DNA from: Dicyema japonicum
Lineage: Eukaryota; Animalia; Dicyemida
DNA: 64,000 bases
Reading direction: 5' to 3'
Assembly: GCA_011109175.1 (NCBI GenBank)
Contig: RDEW01000067.1
Coordinates: 1 to 64,000 of the forward strand
The notes beneath the pieces are model-generated. The model ran no database searches, was not told where the DNA came from, and saw only the letters and a list, made by a program, of their open reading frames with translations. Position 1 is the first letter of the stretch. Each line of letters begins with the position of its first letter. The translations under genes were made by a program, and so were the position numbers. Below are positions 12,240 to 25,480 of this stretch, one piece after another.

Positions 12240-14292
12240 ATTATAGTACTGTTCGACCCCTGTTTGGGGTAACAAATACTCAAAAAATAATTTAAGTTAC
12301 TTAGCAGATCGCAGGCCTACATCCAGAAAGCCGCTATTTTCTCCTTTACTGTAACCCTCACTTGTCTCAGTAATTCTCTTAGTCTTGCCTCAAAATCCGT
12401 GACTTCCGGTGCAGTAGAAATATTCTTTCCATTATTCTGTTACACGGCGTAGTCGGGTAGTCTAAGAATATGTCCAAATAGTTGCCATCTCGATAGAATA
12501 ACGTCCATGCTAATTGGTGTAGATTTACATGAGCATATAGTTCTCGTTTGAGATTTTTCCTGGCCAAAAGATTCCAGTCAGTATGCGCAGTTGGCTTCTG
12601 TGGAAAGTATCTAGCCTCTCTAAATCGTTTTTGGAGGTTCCCAATGATCCGGAATTGTATATCAGTATTTGCTTGATAAACGTGTCGTATAGTCTGACAC
12701 GAGTTTCAGTTATACATTTCTCTTTCTTACCCTGATGTTGTAAATTTTTTTGAAGTATACGGTAGCTACTTTTCCTTCGACAAATATCCTCGGCATCACC
12801 TAGTAGTGAGCCGAAATTTATGCGCAGATCCCATTTATTTAAAATAGTTTCTGCTTGGAATAAAATTTGTCAAGTAGGATTTTCTGTACACACAGTCTAC
12901 ATCATCCGCGTATAACAATTCAATTATATCTTCGTATTTAGAACCAATTTCCTTTCTCAGCTCCCTGAGGGCAGCTTCGTGGTATATGATGAATAGAATT
13001 GGGGATAAAGAATCATCTTGTGGGGTTCCCATGTTGGTACTGAAACTCTTTGAGTGCTTAGTTTCTATTCTCACGGATAGATGAGTTTCAGAAAGTAATA
13101 GACTTATTAGTCATAACCAGTCTTCGTCAAGCAGTTCCTGTAGAATACCCATGAGTTATTCTCTATTGATGCTGTCAAAAGCCTTTGTTAGATCAATTCC
13201 TAGGATGTAGATAACTTTCCTGTAGTTTTGACATATTGGTGTAAGCCATCGATGACTCCACAAGATATCTGAGGGTAGACCTCCACTTTTAAACCCACTT
13301 TGACTTTGGGAAAGGTATTTTTCCACTGGCTCTCGTATACGGTTAAGCATTATGGTAGATAACGTATTTTTGATAGTTGACAGTGGAATAATAGGCCTTA
13401 ATCCATCTAGTGATCCCCATTTATTCCCAGGTTTTTGTATCGTAATTTAGACTCCATGTCCTAATGGAAGTGGACATTGAAGTTCCATCGACTCGTTTAA
13501 TATATCCGTGATTATATTCCCAACAATAACCGGACCATGTTTTAGTAACTGGCCCGGGATGCCATCATAGCCAGCTGAACGATTGCCTTATAGGTGTATG
13601 AATGCATTTGTTACTTCCTTCATTGTAATTTTGTTTGTAAGAGGTCTTGGATTTTTAATAAATTTAGGTATATTCACTCCAACTAGATTAAACTGTGCCT
13701 CGAAGTGTTTGGCAATATGGTTTGCTTTATCCTCTGGGTTTTGAAATAATGACCCGCGTTGTCGCAGATTTTCAGCGGCTTTTTCGTAGTTCCTCGTGTA
13801 AGTAATATAACAGCAAAAAACATTCGTCTTCCATACTGACAGTTTTCAATTTCAGTCGCCTTATCGTCCAAATATTTGTGGCAGAAGTCATTCGCTCGTT
13901 TTTATCAAATGTGATATTTGATTACATTTTCTCTTTAATGCACTTTTATTCGAATTTGAACTTTCCAGTTTCGAACCTATTTCCTTCTGCTGTTCCGACA
14001 ATTCTCTTATCACGGAGTCATGAATAATACGTCTATTCCGATCTTTTTCCTGGTATCCAACAGTCTCTGTCGTCGACAGATTTAAGATATCCAAGATCTT
14101 CCCAAGGTCAGTCGAAGGGTGCTACTGGTTTCAACACCCCGCAACCGTTTAGAGACATTTTGTTGGTATCTCTTTTGCAAAGTGTCAAAATTCAACAATT
14201 CCATATCCAAACGTCTATTTAGAGAGGTACTTTTCCTCTTTACTGGTTCAATTCCGAAGTATCGTTTAAGATTTAAGGAACTGGGAAACCCA
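12240..14292 (-). mobile_element. RTE-clade LINE fragment (RT and 3' region)
   Basis: SQSGF, GIDLTKAFDSINRE, GTPQDDSLSP, LLYADDVD, RVRLYDTFIKQILIYNS. Confidence 0.85.
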
Positions 14293-14847
14293 CTCAACTA
14301 AAAAATGGCCCATGCAGAGGAATTTCGGTCGGTTATAAAAAAAAGTGCACGCCGATAGAATTCCTATGCTTCAGGAGTGCGGTTAGGTCATCAGAAGTCC
14401 AGACGAAGAGAGTTCAAATGTTGTTGGAGGCTGGGATCACCTAATTAGTTAGCCTTGACCTATCTTTCTTGGTGGTCTTGGAGTTAAATAAATACAATAA
14501 AAATGGAATTACTTCGTACACGATACTTTTCTACTTTCTTAAGCCAAAATATTTTTGCATAGTCTAATTGTTGCCAATTCGACAAGACAGAGTATACATG
14601 ACATTTCCAAAGTACAAAAATCAATCTGAGGCTGTGTATGTCCACAATGTAGTCATTCACGAGACCGATAGAAGCAAGGTATGGTAACTTTCAAATACGT
14701 ATGATCTCATCTGTACTAAAAATAAATATAACTCATACCCCCATTATAAAAAAACGTTGGAATTCTTCACACAGGACACAAATGAAACTCTCAATGAAGA
14801 AGTCAAACTTTTTGAGAGTCAGCCGTTTACGAAGTCATCATGTACAT

Positions 14848-17800
14848 CAGGGTTGTCAAACTCATTTTTTATCGAGGGCCGAATTTTATAATAATTTCCC
14901 TTTGAGGGCCGCATTTATAATAATTTTTCATCAAAGAAAGATTATTTATTTTAATAAAAAACCAAAATTAATGGAAAACTAATTTTGTAATCACCATCTT
15001 CTAATCGTGCTTAGAGCAACTTCCGAGGTTTGACATCTTTTTTCGGATACAATTTTTGATATGTCGGGCTCTACTATTCGTGTAGTCCAGACTTTTATTA
15101 AAGCCGATAAATTTTCATTAGTGAGTCTTGTTTTTTAACAGTTTTTGTTAATTTCATAAATGAAAAAAGTTGTTTACACACATGTCGAACCAAACATAGC
15201 AATTATTTTTGTAGCAAAATTTTTAAAGTCTTTAAATTTTTCAGAAAGATGTGAAAACAAAGCAGGTATTCCAACCTCCAAATATTTAGCCTTTATTATA
15301 GAATCCGATTGGTTCTCCAACAATTCCATTTGTAGATTTNATAAATGAAAAAAGTTGTTTACACACACGTCGAACCAAACATGGCAATTATTTTTGTAGC
15401 AAAATTTTTAAAGTCTTTAAATTTTTCAGGAAGATGTGAAAAGAAAGCAGGTATTCCAACCTCCAAATATTTAGCCTTTAGTATAGAATCCGATTAGTTC
15501 TCCAACAATTCCATTTGTAAACTTTTATCTGCATTGGAAGCATTAAAAGCGAATGGTGCTGTGAATAATGAAAATTCTTGTTTAAAAGACGAGAAATCAT
15601 TAAATCTTTTATGAAATTCCTTTAACAACAAATCCAGTTGTCCTTCATTATTGGAAAAATTCATTACAGTATGTGCACCAACAGTACTCCTCAGTTCTTT
15701 ACATGTAGAAAAATGAACTAAATCTTCATTAAATAGCTGAGACTTCCATAATTTCATTTTCGAAATAAAACGCTTGTTTTTGCCCTGCAATTCCAAATTA
15801 AGGTCGTTCATATGTGCTGTAATATCAACTGCAAAGACCAAATTTTGGATCCAAGATTCACTTTTCATCTCGTCTGTGTTTTGGCCTTTCATTTCCATAA
15901 ATCAAATCCATAGTTGTGGAAGTTTAACAATGATATCTTTACTTGTAGTAGTATCGTGCATTGGTACAAGTTCGAGAAATTCTTCATAAATATTAAAATC
16001 TGAATCACATGCTCTAAAAAAGATTGTGCAATTCCAATAACGTCGACCGTTTAATCGATCGCAATTTAAGAANATTTTCGAAATAAAACGCTTGTTTTTG
16101 CCCTGCAATTCCAAATTAAGGTCGTTCATATGTGCTGTAATATCAACTGCAAAGACCAAATTTTGGATCCAAGATTCACTTTTCATCTCGTCTGTGTTTT
16201 GGCCTTTCATTTCCATAAATCAAATCCATAGTTGTAGAAGTTTAACAATGATATCTTTACTTGTAGTAGTATCGTGCATTGGTACAAGTTCGAGAAATTC
16301 TTCATAAATATTAAAATCTAAATCACATGCTCTAAAAAAGATTGTACAATTCCAATAACGTCGACCGTTTAATCGATCGCAATTTAAGAATATTCAAATT
16401 TAAACAATTCAGAATTTAATTGTTATTTCAAATGAAAAGACATTTCTTTGATTTGTTCGACAGCTGTGTTTCTGGTCAAAGAAATGTCTTTAAACAAATG
16501 AGCATTTTTTTGAATTGTGTTATTAATAAAATGATGAGGACAAAACATTAGTTAGCTGCCACTGCTTGGCTCAAACAGCCAGCGGCGTTCGCGGAAATCT
16601 CCAGTGATGAGGTGATCCGGTTTCCAAGACGTCCGAAAAACTCTAGTGCAGAGGGGGAGTAGAATCCGGAAGTCTCCATAGCAAGGGGAACAAATTGGAC
16701 ATTATCGGGAAGGTCGCCGTATTTTTCGAGTTTGGCCTTCTCCTCCTTGACGGCTGTAGAGCAGGCTCTTGAAGCGCACTCGTGAAGATTGTTCGGGGCG
16801 AACGTATCTGTACATGTCACGTCCCAAACAAGTGGTTTGCCGCCATCGAAGGGAAATATGGTCATCATGTCCGGTCGTTTCCCGTCACTTCTGCATAACC
16901 CGACCGGTTCAAGAATGGCCGAGTATCCAGAAGCATCAATAGCGCGCTTGACAATTTCATTCAGAGCCTTGTGCCTTGGAGATCTGCCAACTCTCCTCTT
17001 GGAGGCGTGAGGGTGCAGGCCATATCAGTCTATCAGGACACCACATCGGTACGGGTGAGGTACACATACTTTCAGTCCCAGCCCCAGAGAAATATCACTT
17101 CTAACGCATTCAATTTTGGAACAATTAAAGAGAAGTAATCGTCAACAAGACCACAGTTTGTTATTTCACATTTCGTTGTATTCAATTCAAGACCCACCTT
17201 GGACAACGCGGAGATGACTACTTCTAACTCCTGAAAGACCATCTCCGGGAGATCTCCTAAAACAGCGTCATCGAGGTACCAGATGTTGAGTGGATATCGA
17301 AAGAGCTTCGTAGTCCTCTCAATTACGAAGGAGAACAGCAATGGTCCGAGGTGTCGTCTTGTCGAACACCCGTGGACGATGGAACCATGAAATCCTCGTG
17401 CAATAGAGATGTAGGTTTTCCATGTGAATGATTGACCAGTTCAAATATATATGGACATTTTTTTTGCAGGCCTCCAGAATGCNGATGTTGAGTGGACATC
17501 GAAAGAGCTTCGTAGTCCTCTCAATTACGAAGGAGAACAGCAATGGTCCGAGGTGTCGTCTTGTTGAACACCCGAGGACGATGGAACCATGAAATCCTCG
17601 TGCATTAGAGATGTAGGTTTTCCATATGAATGATTGACCAGTTCAAATATATATGGACATTTTTTTTGCAGGCCTCCAGAATGCAGTCTCTTCTTAAATG
17701 GTTGAAAGAGTTCTTGATGTCCAGCTTTAACATAATGTGCCTTGTAAAGTCTTGAATACTGCGGTTTCTGAATGTCCTGACGGAGTGAACGGCTACCTCA

Positions 17801-19679
17801 CATCCATGACGAACTCCGACTCCAACTTGACTGGGAAGTAAGAATTTTGACAAGATTGACGTAGAAAATCTGGAAGCAATCTTGGCTGCTAGTCTCCTAA
17901 AGGTGAATCTGACCACGATCGAACGGAAACCACCTCCCTTCTTGTCGACCGCAATCAGACTAGCCAAAAACAAGATATGACGTATCAAATCAGGCAAATG
18001 TCCGGATAATATAGTCGGTGAAATAAGGTTTTTAAGATGGCCTTAAGCCATCGAAACCTCCACTGTTGCTTGATGCAAAGTTCCATTACGCCGTGATGAC
18101 ATCCTCAGGCAACGTGGACAAAGGGGTCACTTTTGATGGGGATGAATAGTGGCGTAAGTCATTCGGAGAGGGTGGATGCTTCTCCAATATTATCTTGTAA
18201 GTATCAGCGGTTAGATTGCGTGGTCCGCCTGAGAGGGCCTTCAATGCGGATCGGGTTCCTTCTTGAGGTAACTTCGATAGTACAGTCCTTCTTAGGCGAA
18301 AAATATCCGTTTCACAAGTTGAACTCCGAGTCTCAGTTGAACGGATGCAAAAGGACATGAAGTAAAGTGAGTTCCATCCATAAATGCGCGGATGTTATTC
18401 TTCATTTCAATCGAGAGAGACTGTTTCCCTTTGCGATCTCGAGGGGAGCCAAGTGCGAAAGGAGCAAAATTAAACAAACGTACACAGTCGTTTATAGATT
18501 CGGAGTGGAGATCATCGTCGATTGTTGTGGTTAAGACTTCGGCAGTTAGGGGACGTGCTGCTTTTGGGATCTTCACCGGAATACTCCTCTATGAACGGCG
18601 TTCATTGATAAGTTTGAGTAGCGAATCTGGATCCAATTGGGAAAGGTCTTCTCCGGAGGTGTATGCAGTCGCGCGACCATTAGGAAACCCCCAGCCAATT
18701 AAAGGCACGAGCGGCAGTGCCATATCCCGAAGGCTCGGATGGAGGCCTGAGAGAGTTTCAAACATCCGAAGTGAAAGAAGTCTCCACAGGCAGAACAAGA
18801 AATTCCGATATCCCGAAGGCTCGGATGGAGGCCTGAGAGAGTTTCAAACATCCGAAGTGAAAGAAGTCTCCACAGGCAGAACAAGAAATTCCGAACTTTC
18901 TCAAATTGTTCACGTTGCAGGCAGAGCAATTGGACGATGACTTTTCGAGTAACATTCACTGAATCAACAATGGGTGAAAGTCAAAAATAGGAGGAAAATC
19001 TCAATAGGCGAAAATCAGCACTACATGACAATATAACACGTTTTTTAGCATTGTCTGGACAAATAATTTTGGCTGTTTCACGAGACACCATCATCACAAT
19101 ATGATTTCCCATTCATTGCAAGCATTCTGCAGATTTCATAGCTTGCAGTAACTGATGCAGTACTTCGATTGTGAATTTTTGTGAAATGAGCCTGTGACGA
19201 AGTCAAATTATTTCGTAATTCATTTAGTATTGAAACAAGCATTGACCTTATTGGTTGATAAACAACTTAGTACCTTCTAAATAATCATATGATCTATGAT
19301 TTGAATGGTAATGCCTTTTTAAGTTACATTCTTTCGGTATAACGATAAACTGGTTACATATCAAACGATGTATTTTTTCATCAATCGTTGTACAAAAATA
19401 GACAAGTTCCCATTTTTTTAACACTCTCTTTTCATCTTTCAAACACCGTTTTTTAGTTCCAGAACAAACACGTTGACAACAAGATTTACAAATACTATTA
19501 AAAAATAATTAAAATTAATAAATATTTTATAATTAAAATTAAAATATTTTGTTTTAAAGCCATCAAATCTGGCTGCACGGTGCTGTTGCATTTAACGAAC
19601 TCCACTAAACATTACTGTTGTGTATGAGGCTCGCGGGTCGCACCTACACTTGCCGAGGGCTGCATGTTTGACACCCCTG
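14848..19679 (-). mobile_element. hAT transposon (SPIN/GTF2IRD2-like transposase, disrupted)
   Basis: TIRs CAGGGTTGTCAAAC and GTTTGACACCCCTG (13/14). TSD ATGTACAT/ATGTACAG (7/8). Transposase pieces LKRHYHSNH, ETAKIICPDNA|HLFKDISLTRNT, WIQNLVFAVDITAHMNDLNLELQG, LQMELLE, MFGSTCV. Confidence 0.9.
16507..19046 (-). mobile_element. CRE-like RLE non-LTR retrotransposon with N-terminal PHD finger, nested in the hAT
   Basis: 6-bp TSD AGCATT at 16501-16506 and 19047-19052. RT motifs LLPSQVGVG, KLDIKNSFN, WYLDD; RLE motifs RH..DGKRPD and LVWDVT; PHD CSAC-x11-CSAC-x4-H-x2-C-x13-WHCRSC at 18699-18955. Confidence 0.85.
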
Positions 19680-19879
19680 ATGTACAGTTTTATACGCCAG
19701 GAATTCCAAGAGTTCGTTCGCTTCGCTACTTGGATATAGTAGTCTACCAGGAAGGCTCATTTCTGGACGACATCAAGCAGAGGAGGAAAAAGGAGATGGA
19801 AGTACTCCTTTGCACACGTCAGTCTAGAGATCTTCCTTTTTTATTTTCACTAGAATAATTCTACCGAAACTGTCATATG

Positions 19880-20700
19880 GATGCTGAGCGTGGTACTCAT
19901 CCACAAAAGGAATAGAATATTGTCACTACTGGTAAAATCTAGAAGATCAAAGATAAAATTAACCCTGGGCAGAAGACTACTAATACACAACAAAAAACAA
20001 TCTATAACGAATTTCGAAACTATTTTAAATAAATGGGATCTGCGCATAAATTTTACAACAACGGACTACACATGAATCGAGCGAGTCAAGTAATGAAATG
20101 ACGGACTCTGGAGACATACAAAAAACTCGGCTCACTACTAGGTGACGCCAAGGATATTTGTCGAAGGAAAATGCTGGCTACCGTATACTTCAAAAAATGT
20201 AAAACATTTGGATAAGAAAGAGGAATGTACCACTGAAACTCGTGTCAGACTATACGACACGTTTATCAAGCAAATACTGATATACAATTCCGGATCATTG
20301 GGAACCTCCAAAAACGATTTAGAGAGGCTAGAAACTTTACACAGAAGCAAACTGCGTATACAGACTGGAATCTTTTGGCCGAGAAAAATCTCAAACGAGA
20401 ACTATATACTCTATGTAAATCTACACCAATTAGCATAAACGTTATTCTATCGAGATGGCAACTATTTGGACATATTCTTAGACTGGACCCGACTACGCCG
20501 TGTAACAGAATAATGGAAGAATATTTCTACTGCACCGGAAGTCACGGATTTCAAAGAAGACAAGAAATACTAAGAGAAATACTGAGACAAGTGAGGGTTA
20601 CAGTAAAGGAGAAAATAGCGGCTTTCTGGATGTAGGCCTGCGATCTGCTTAAGTAACTTAAATTATTTTTTGAGTATTTGTTACCCCAAACAGGGAGCGA
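19880..20700 (+). mobile_element. RTE-clade LINE 3' fragment (same family as 12240-14292)
   Basis: Close reverse-complement match to 12250-12850; retains about 70 nt deleted in the other two copies. Confidence 0.85.
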
Positions 20701-20710
20701 CAGAATTATN

Positions 20711-21480
20711 ACTATTGGCACAATGTTAACCTTAACATTATGCATTAGTTCCAATTCGCCTGCAAGCAGGTCATATTTGTGCAATTTTCCACTTCGACTC
20801 GCTTTAGTGCTTGCTGGGAAGTGATGCCAATCTCAAAAAGTGTAATCATATTTTTCAGAACAAATATATCAAGCTTGTTATGCTCAATATTTGTCTCGGT
20901 ATTAATTGTGGTGTCCACACGAATTTCAACATTGTCGTTGGCAACTATTGATTGCACAGAGTGTGTTTTGAGCTTCTTCGAGTGTCTATCCCATATAATC
21001 AATATAGATGCAGATGAGTACATCTCACTACTTCGCTGTGTCGGCAAAGATAGTCACTCTACACCATTCGACCACACCTTGTAGCCAAATGATCAACAAT
21101 TTTTTATCAGTGCTACAGTGATCACAATTAGAGCTAATACGTCTGCATTCAAATAGATCTATCTATTCATTCTTCCGGGAGACATTTTATTCCCTGGCGA
21201 CGAGTTCTGAAATCGACCTAAGTTTTTCAGACGATATCCTTTGTATTACTTTTCTTGAGAGACCGTTCTTTGAAAATGTTATCTTTTTTAACAGAGAAAG
21301 TTGGTAGACTTTCTTTTATTGAGATCTACTTTTTACTGGAGACATTATAGGCCAAGGAAAATGTCTTGTTCTGCAGTCATTGTTCCGTGTTACTTAGAAA
21401 TTGGGGTTTGCGATTATATGCAAGATGGAGGATTTTCTGGCTTAATAATGGAGTTAACTGTAATCAGTTCCTTATCTTTT
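20711..21480 (-). mobile_element. R4/Dong-like RLE non-LTR retrotransposon C-terminal fragment
   Basis: CDHC..VDHLATRC (CCHC knuckle), RHSEVVR, THSVQSIVANDNVEIRVDT, HNKLDIFV, EIGITS, K..KYDLLAGEL (PD-D/ExK-type RLE). Confidence 0.8.
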
Positions 21481-21499
21481 CTTTTCAAATAAAGATTAA

Positions 21500-21900
21500 T
21501 CATTACTCTTCCATAAAGAAAGATGTTAAAGACAACTAATTAAGTGACCCAAACATCAAATAATCTTCAGACTCTTCTTAGATGAACTTCCAGTGTCCAA
21601 ACTTTAGAACGGTAGAGATTCCGAGAATGCTTCAAAAGAACTATAGATAGACGTGTTTTTCTTTATGAACGATCGGCGTTCCTCTGCATGAGTGATGGGT
21701 CTCCTAGTTCTATACCATTTTACTCTTATTTGATTGAGACTTCCAAGATTTAGAGAGACTAGATGGACACATTTCTCTCCAATTTTGGACGAAGGCTTGC
21801 TTCGATAAGATTCAATCTCTATGAAGGATCTGGTTGAGGAGACTCGAAATGAGGGAACCCCTCAAAGGGAACGCTTTCGCAATCCTTGTCTCTTTACTAA
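21500..21900 (-). mobile_element. Vingi-like LINE 3' fragment
   Basis: Reverse GGGTCACTTAATTAG terminal motif and upstream similarity to other 3' ends (56430-56810). Confidence 0.5.
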
Positions 21901-24369
21901 AAGACTTTACTTGTTTTCTTTTTTAATAGATATCCCAATACTAATTGAAATTAACATAGCCAATCCACTGGTTTTTTTGCTAAAGAGGTTTTTCTAATGG
22001 GAATTAATCCATTCATAACATACATGGGTGATGCTCATGTGTGATTATTTAGGACACATACTATGATAATGTTTCAGTCACTTTACTAACCCCGTATTTC
22101 TGTATTTTGGGTTATCTTGTGATAACTTCGACTTTTTATTAAAACAGGAAATATGAGAGCAAGACAGTCCTATTGTAATTTGATGGGTGCTCTTTCGGCT
22201 GGACTCTTTACAAGGATCCCATTCGTCATTCCTTCAGTACTTTAGCTTACGAATTGGAGATAGAGGATTTCTTTTGAAATTTACAATAATTTTTCGGTGA
22301 TCTCACAAGTCCACATATTCTACACCAGCCAGCGTAATTGTTTTTCGTCAAAATCTTTTGCAATTCGAAATATAAATGGCGTTTGTTTTTTTATCAGAAA
22401 GTTTTAATATTTCTACGCCAACCATGGATTTAAAAATATTCAATAAAATGTTTCGTTTAAGTAAATCAACGTCCTCATGTTCGGATGTCATGACATTGGG
22501 AGGTTTGCTATCATAATATTAAATTACAAATGGCTAGAATCGATCCCTGTGAGACTCTTAGAAACGCATGGGCAGGAGGTTAATTTTTTTGACATTGAAA
22601 AGCTCATAAACACAATAATAAGCATGATTTTAATGTGAGCGTGCATAAACATTACTTCGAGTTAAAAAAGACTTTGGAACAAATTCTTCGTTGACAGTAG
22701 ATAAGTTCAAATACCACCAAGTTAATCTAAGATGCTTGGATCGCTAGGCTGTTTCTTCTGACAATAGCTATCAAAATATCTTCTCGAAGCCATCTAGTCT
22801 AACGTGGATCCTCGGTGACGCTTTGGATCATTATGATCGTCCGCATATTGGTCAAGATTTGCTAACGTCTCAGAAACAACGAACAGTTATCATCCGAAAT
22901 GCTTCTGTGCTTCTTTCTCTTTGATCCTCAGCTTGCTTAGATATGTGTCCGAGACTGAAGCAGCCGAATTTTTCAGAGAGTACGCATCAACAAACTTATT
23001 CTCCCAATCCTGGCTCCGACCATTACCAAAAANTCTAGTCTAACGTGGATCCTCGGTGACCCTTTGGATCATTATGATCGTCCACATATTGGTCAAGAAT
23101 TGCTAACGTCTCAGAAGCAACGAACAGTTATCATCCGAAATGCTTTTGTGCTTCTTTCTCTTTGATCCTCAGCTTGCTTAGATATGTGTCCGAGACTGAA
23201 GCAGCCAAATTTTTCAGAGAGTACGCATCAACAAACTTATTCTCCCAATCCGGGCTCCGACCATTACCAAAAAAATGCTGTCATCTCATCAGATCGTTTT
23301 TCGTCGCTCCGCGAGACCGGTCTGCTCCGAAATGCAGTGGTTGAAAGTGCGATTTTCAATATCACGCTGAGACAAGGATGCCTTCGGAAACGGACAGCGC
23401 TCAACCTTCACTATAGTGAATGGTAGTCATATTGGTCGATTAAACATTCACAGCGACATTTTCCTTCGCACAAACTTAAAGACAAGATGTAGTGAGGCGG
23501 CCATTCTCACTACCTCATCATCTAACAAGTTGCCAATCTCATAAATTCACATTAATGTAGAATCTGAACAAATAACTTGTCTTTGCAATCCCGATGGTGG
23601 ATTTGTTTTTTGAAACACTTTTAGAACATAAATGGAATTTGAAACAATCGTGTTTTTAAAGAATATTTCAGATCTATTATGAATTCTTGCTACTCCCAGT
23701 ATAAACTTAACTTTAAATGTTGTCCTAATACATATGTTCTAAATTAATCAAATTTATATTGACTATTCACTAACTCCTCTTGAATCCAGAATTTGCAAGT
23801 ACTGAGGGGTTTGCCCTTTAACTTTGTCATTCGTTTCTACACTTATTGTGTGAATTCAATGAGGACACATGATTAGTTAACTATGTTCTTTTGAGTTATT
23901 ATTTAACGAGGAATTTATTAATTCTGATAATTAATTGACATACATTAATGAATTTGATTTATTTCAAATACCAAAGTTAAAAGGTAACAATTAGTTAGTC
24001 AACGATCCACACGAGTCATAAAACTTCTTTCACATTCATCCAATCTTCCTTTCTTTAGTCCGCAGAACTCGTAAGGGCTGAGAACTGCACATCATTATTT
24101 AACTGGCACAACGCTTTATTAACCGTATTAAGGTTTCAAAGTGAGTGAGAAACATTCATCCAATCTTCCTTTCTTTAGTCCGCAGAACTCGTAAGGGCTG
24201 AGAACTGCACATCATTATTTAACTGGCACAACGCTTTATTAACCGTATTAAGGTTTCAAAGTGAGTGAGAATCTTGTCTTTCAAGTAATTCGAAGTCCTT
24301 CCACTTTGTATGCAATTTTCTGAAAAAAACGTGCTGCTGTGTGGTTTGTGGTGCATAAAAGTGTACTGC

Positions 24370-25480
24370 TAACTGTTTGCTAAGATTGCCTCTAGAGTCT
24401 AGACATTCCATTCCACTCGACACACAATTCTTGAACCGCATTCTTCGGGCTGTTATCTCCGACTATGCCAGAGGACACCTTTTTGCATCCAAACTGATCG
24501 CCTTCAGAAAACCTTATGGTGGGTTAACATCCATCGTTATAGGCAACATATTCAGGCGCCTGACGGCGAGGATTGCTGCCAGAAAAGAGATCAAAACTCT
24601 AAGCCCCCAACAGACCCCTACTCAACTTGGGGTTGGAATTCCTCATGGACGCGAAATAGTAATCCACTCAATCCGGAACTTCGCTGCCAGTTAGACAATG
24701 ACCACGAATGCTATAATATTCAAATTGGAAATCCGCAATGCTTTCAATAGCATTCGCAGAGATAGAATCATAGAAGCTAGCATCTCCAGGATCCCGGAAG
24801 TTATTAGAATGGTGATATTCTCATATGGTTCCTTATGTACGCTGATCTTCCACAATGAAATGAACATACATCGTTCCTGCCTGTATGAGTGATTTCCTCA
24901 TGACTGAGATCTTACATAACATTTCTAGATCTCCGTTCAATGTGGCCATATTCCTGCCGGCATAATTCACTCGAAGTTGCCTTTCACGATCAACTGGGAG
25001 ATCCTTTTGATTTTGCTGACGTCTTGTGTCTTCTAACCAGATATCTTAGTTTCTTGAGAAAAGTTCCTTTTTATCTCCCCAGTTGTTTCGTAAACAATCG
25101 ACCGGTGTCATCAAAAACTAATCGAAACACAATTTTAAGCAGAATTTTTATTAGAACAAAGAATGAATATATAAAATAACTTCTTTCTTCTTGGATTCGA
25201 CATTACGACAAATTTATCTCTCAAAAAAATCGTCCGCAGGGAAAAACATTGATAATCGTTTTTGAAACAACCAGAATGCAACGTTTTTATTCTGAAAAGC
25301 CAAATATGAGTTAAAGCCCGAACCTGATCAGCATTGTCTAGCTTATATGTCTTCTGGATCTACGAATGAAGGTAGTGCATGGCTCAGATCATTCCCATGC
25401 ACACAATTCAGACTCTATTGGATGACGATGTTATGAGATTGGGGCTTGCGTCCGTCTCTGACAGGCCTAACAGAACACCT
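24370..25480 (+). mobile_element. CRE-like RT and C-terminal fragments
   Basis: LIAFRKPYGG..IVIGNIFRRLTA, QLGVG, KLEIRNAFNSIRR (24377-24890); GSAWLRSFP..LLDDDVMRLGL (25370-25460). 22700-23400 may be a further diverged CRE piece. Confidence 0.7.

Larger units (their letters stand above)
8529..14501 (+). mobile_element. Chimeric LINE-bounded duplication block (LINE 3' end, unique DNA, MCT gene, antisense RTE, second LINE 3' end)
   Basis: 15-bp direct repeat AATGGAATTACTTCG at 8514-8528 and 14502-14516. 8529-14292 is colinear with about 41855-48250. 14294-14501 is a different-subfamily LINE 3' end with a TAAA tail. Confidence 0.8.
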
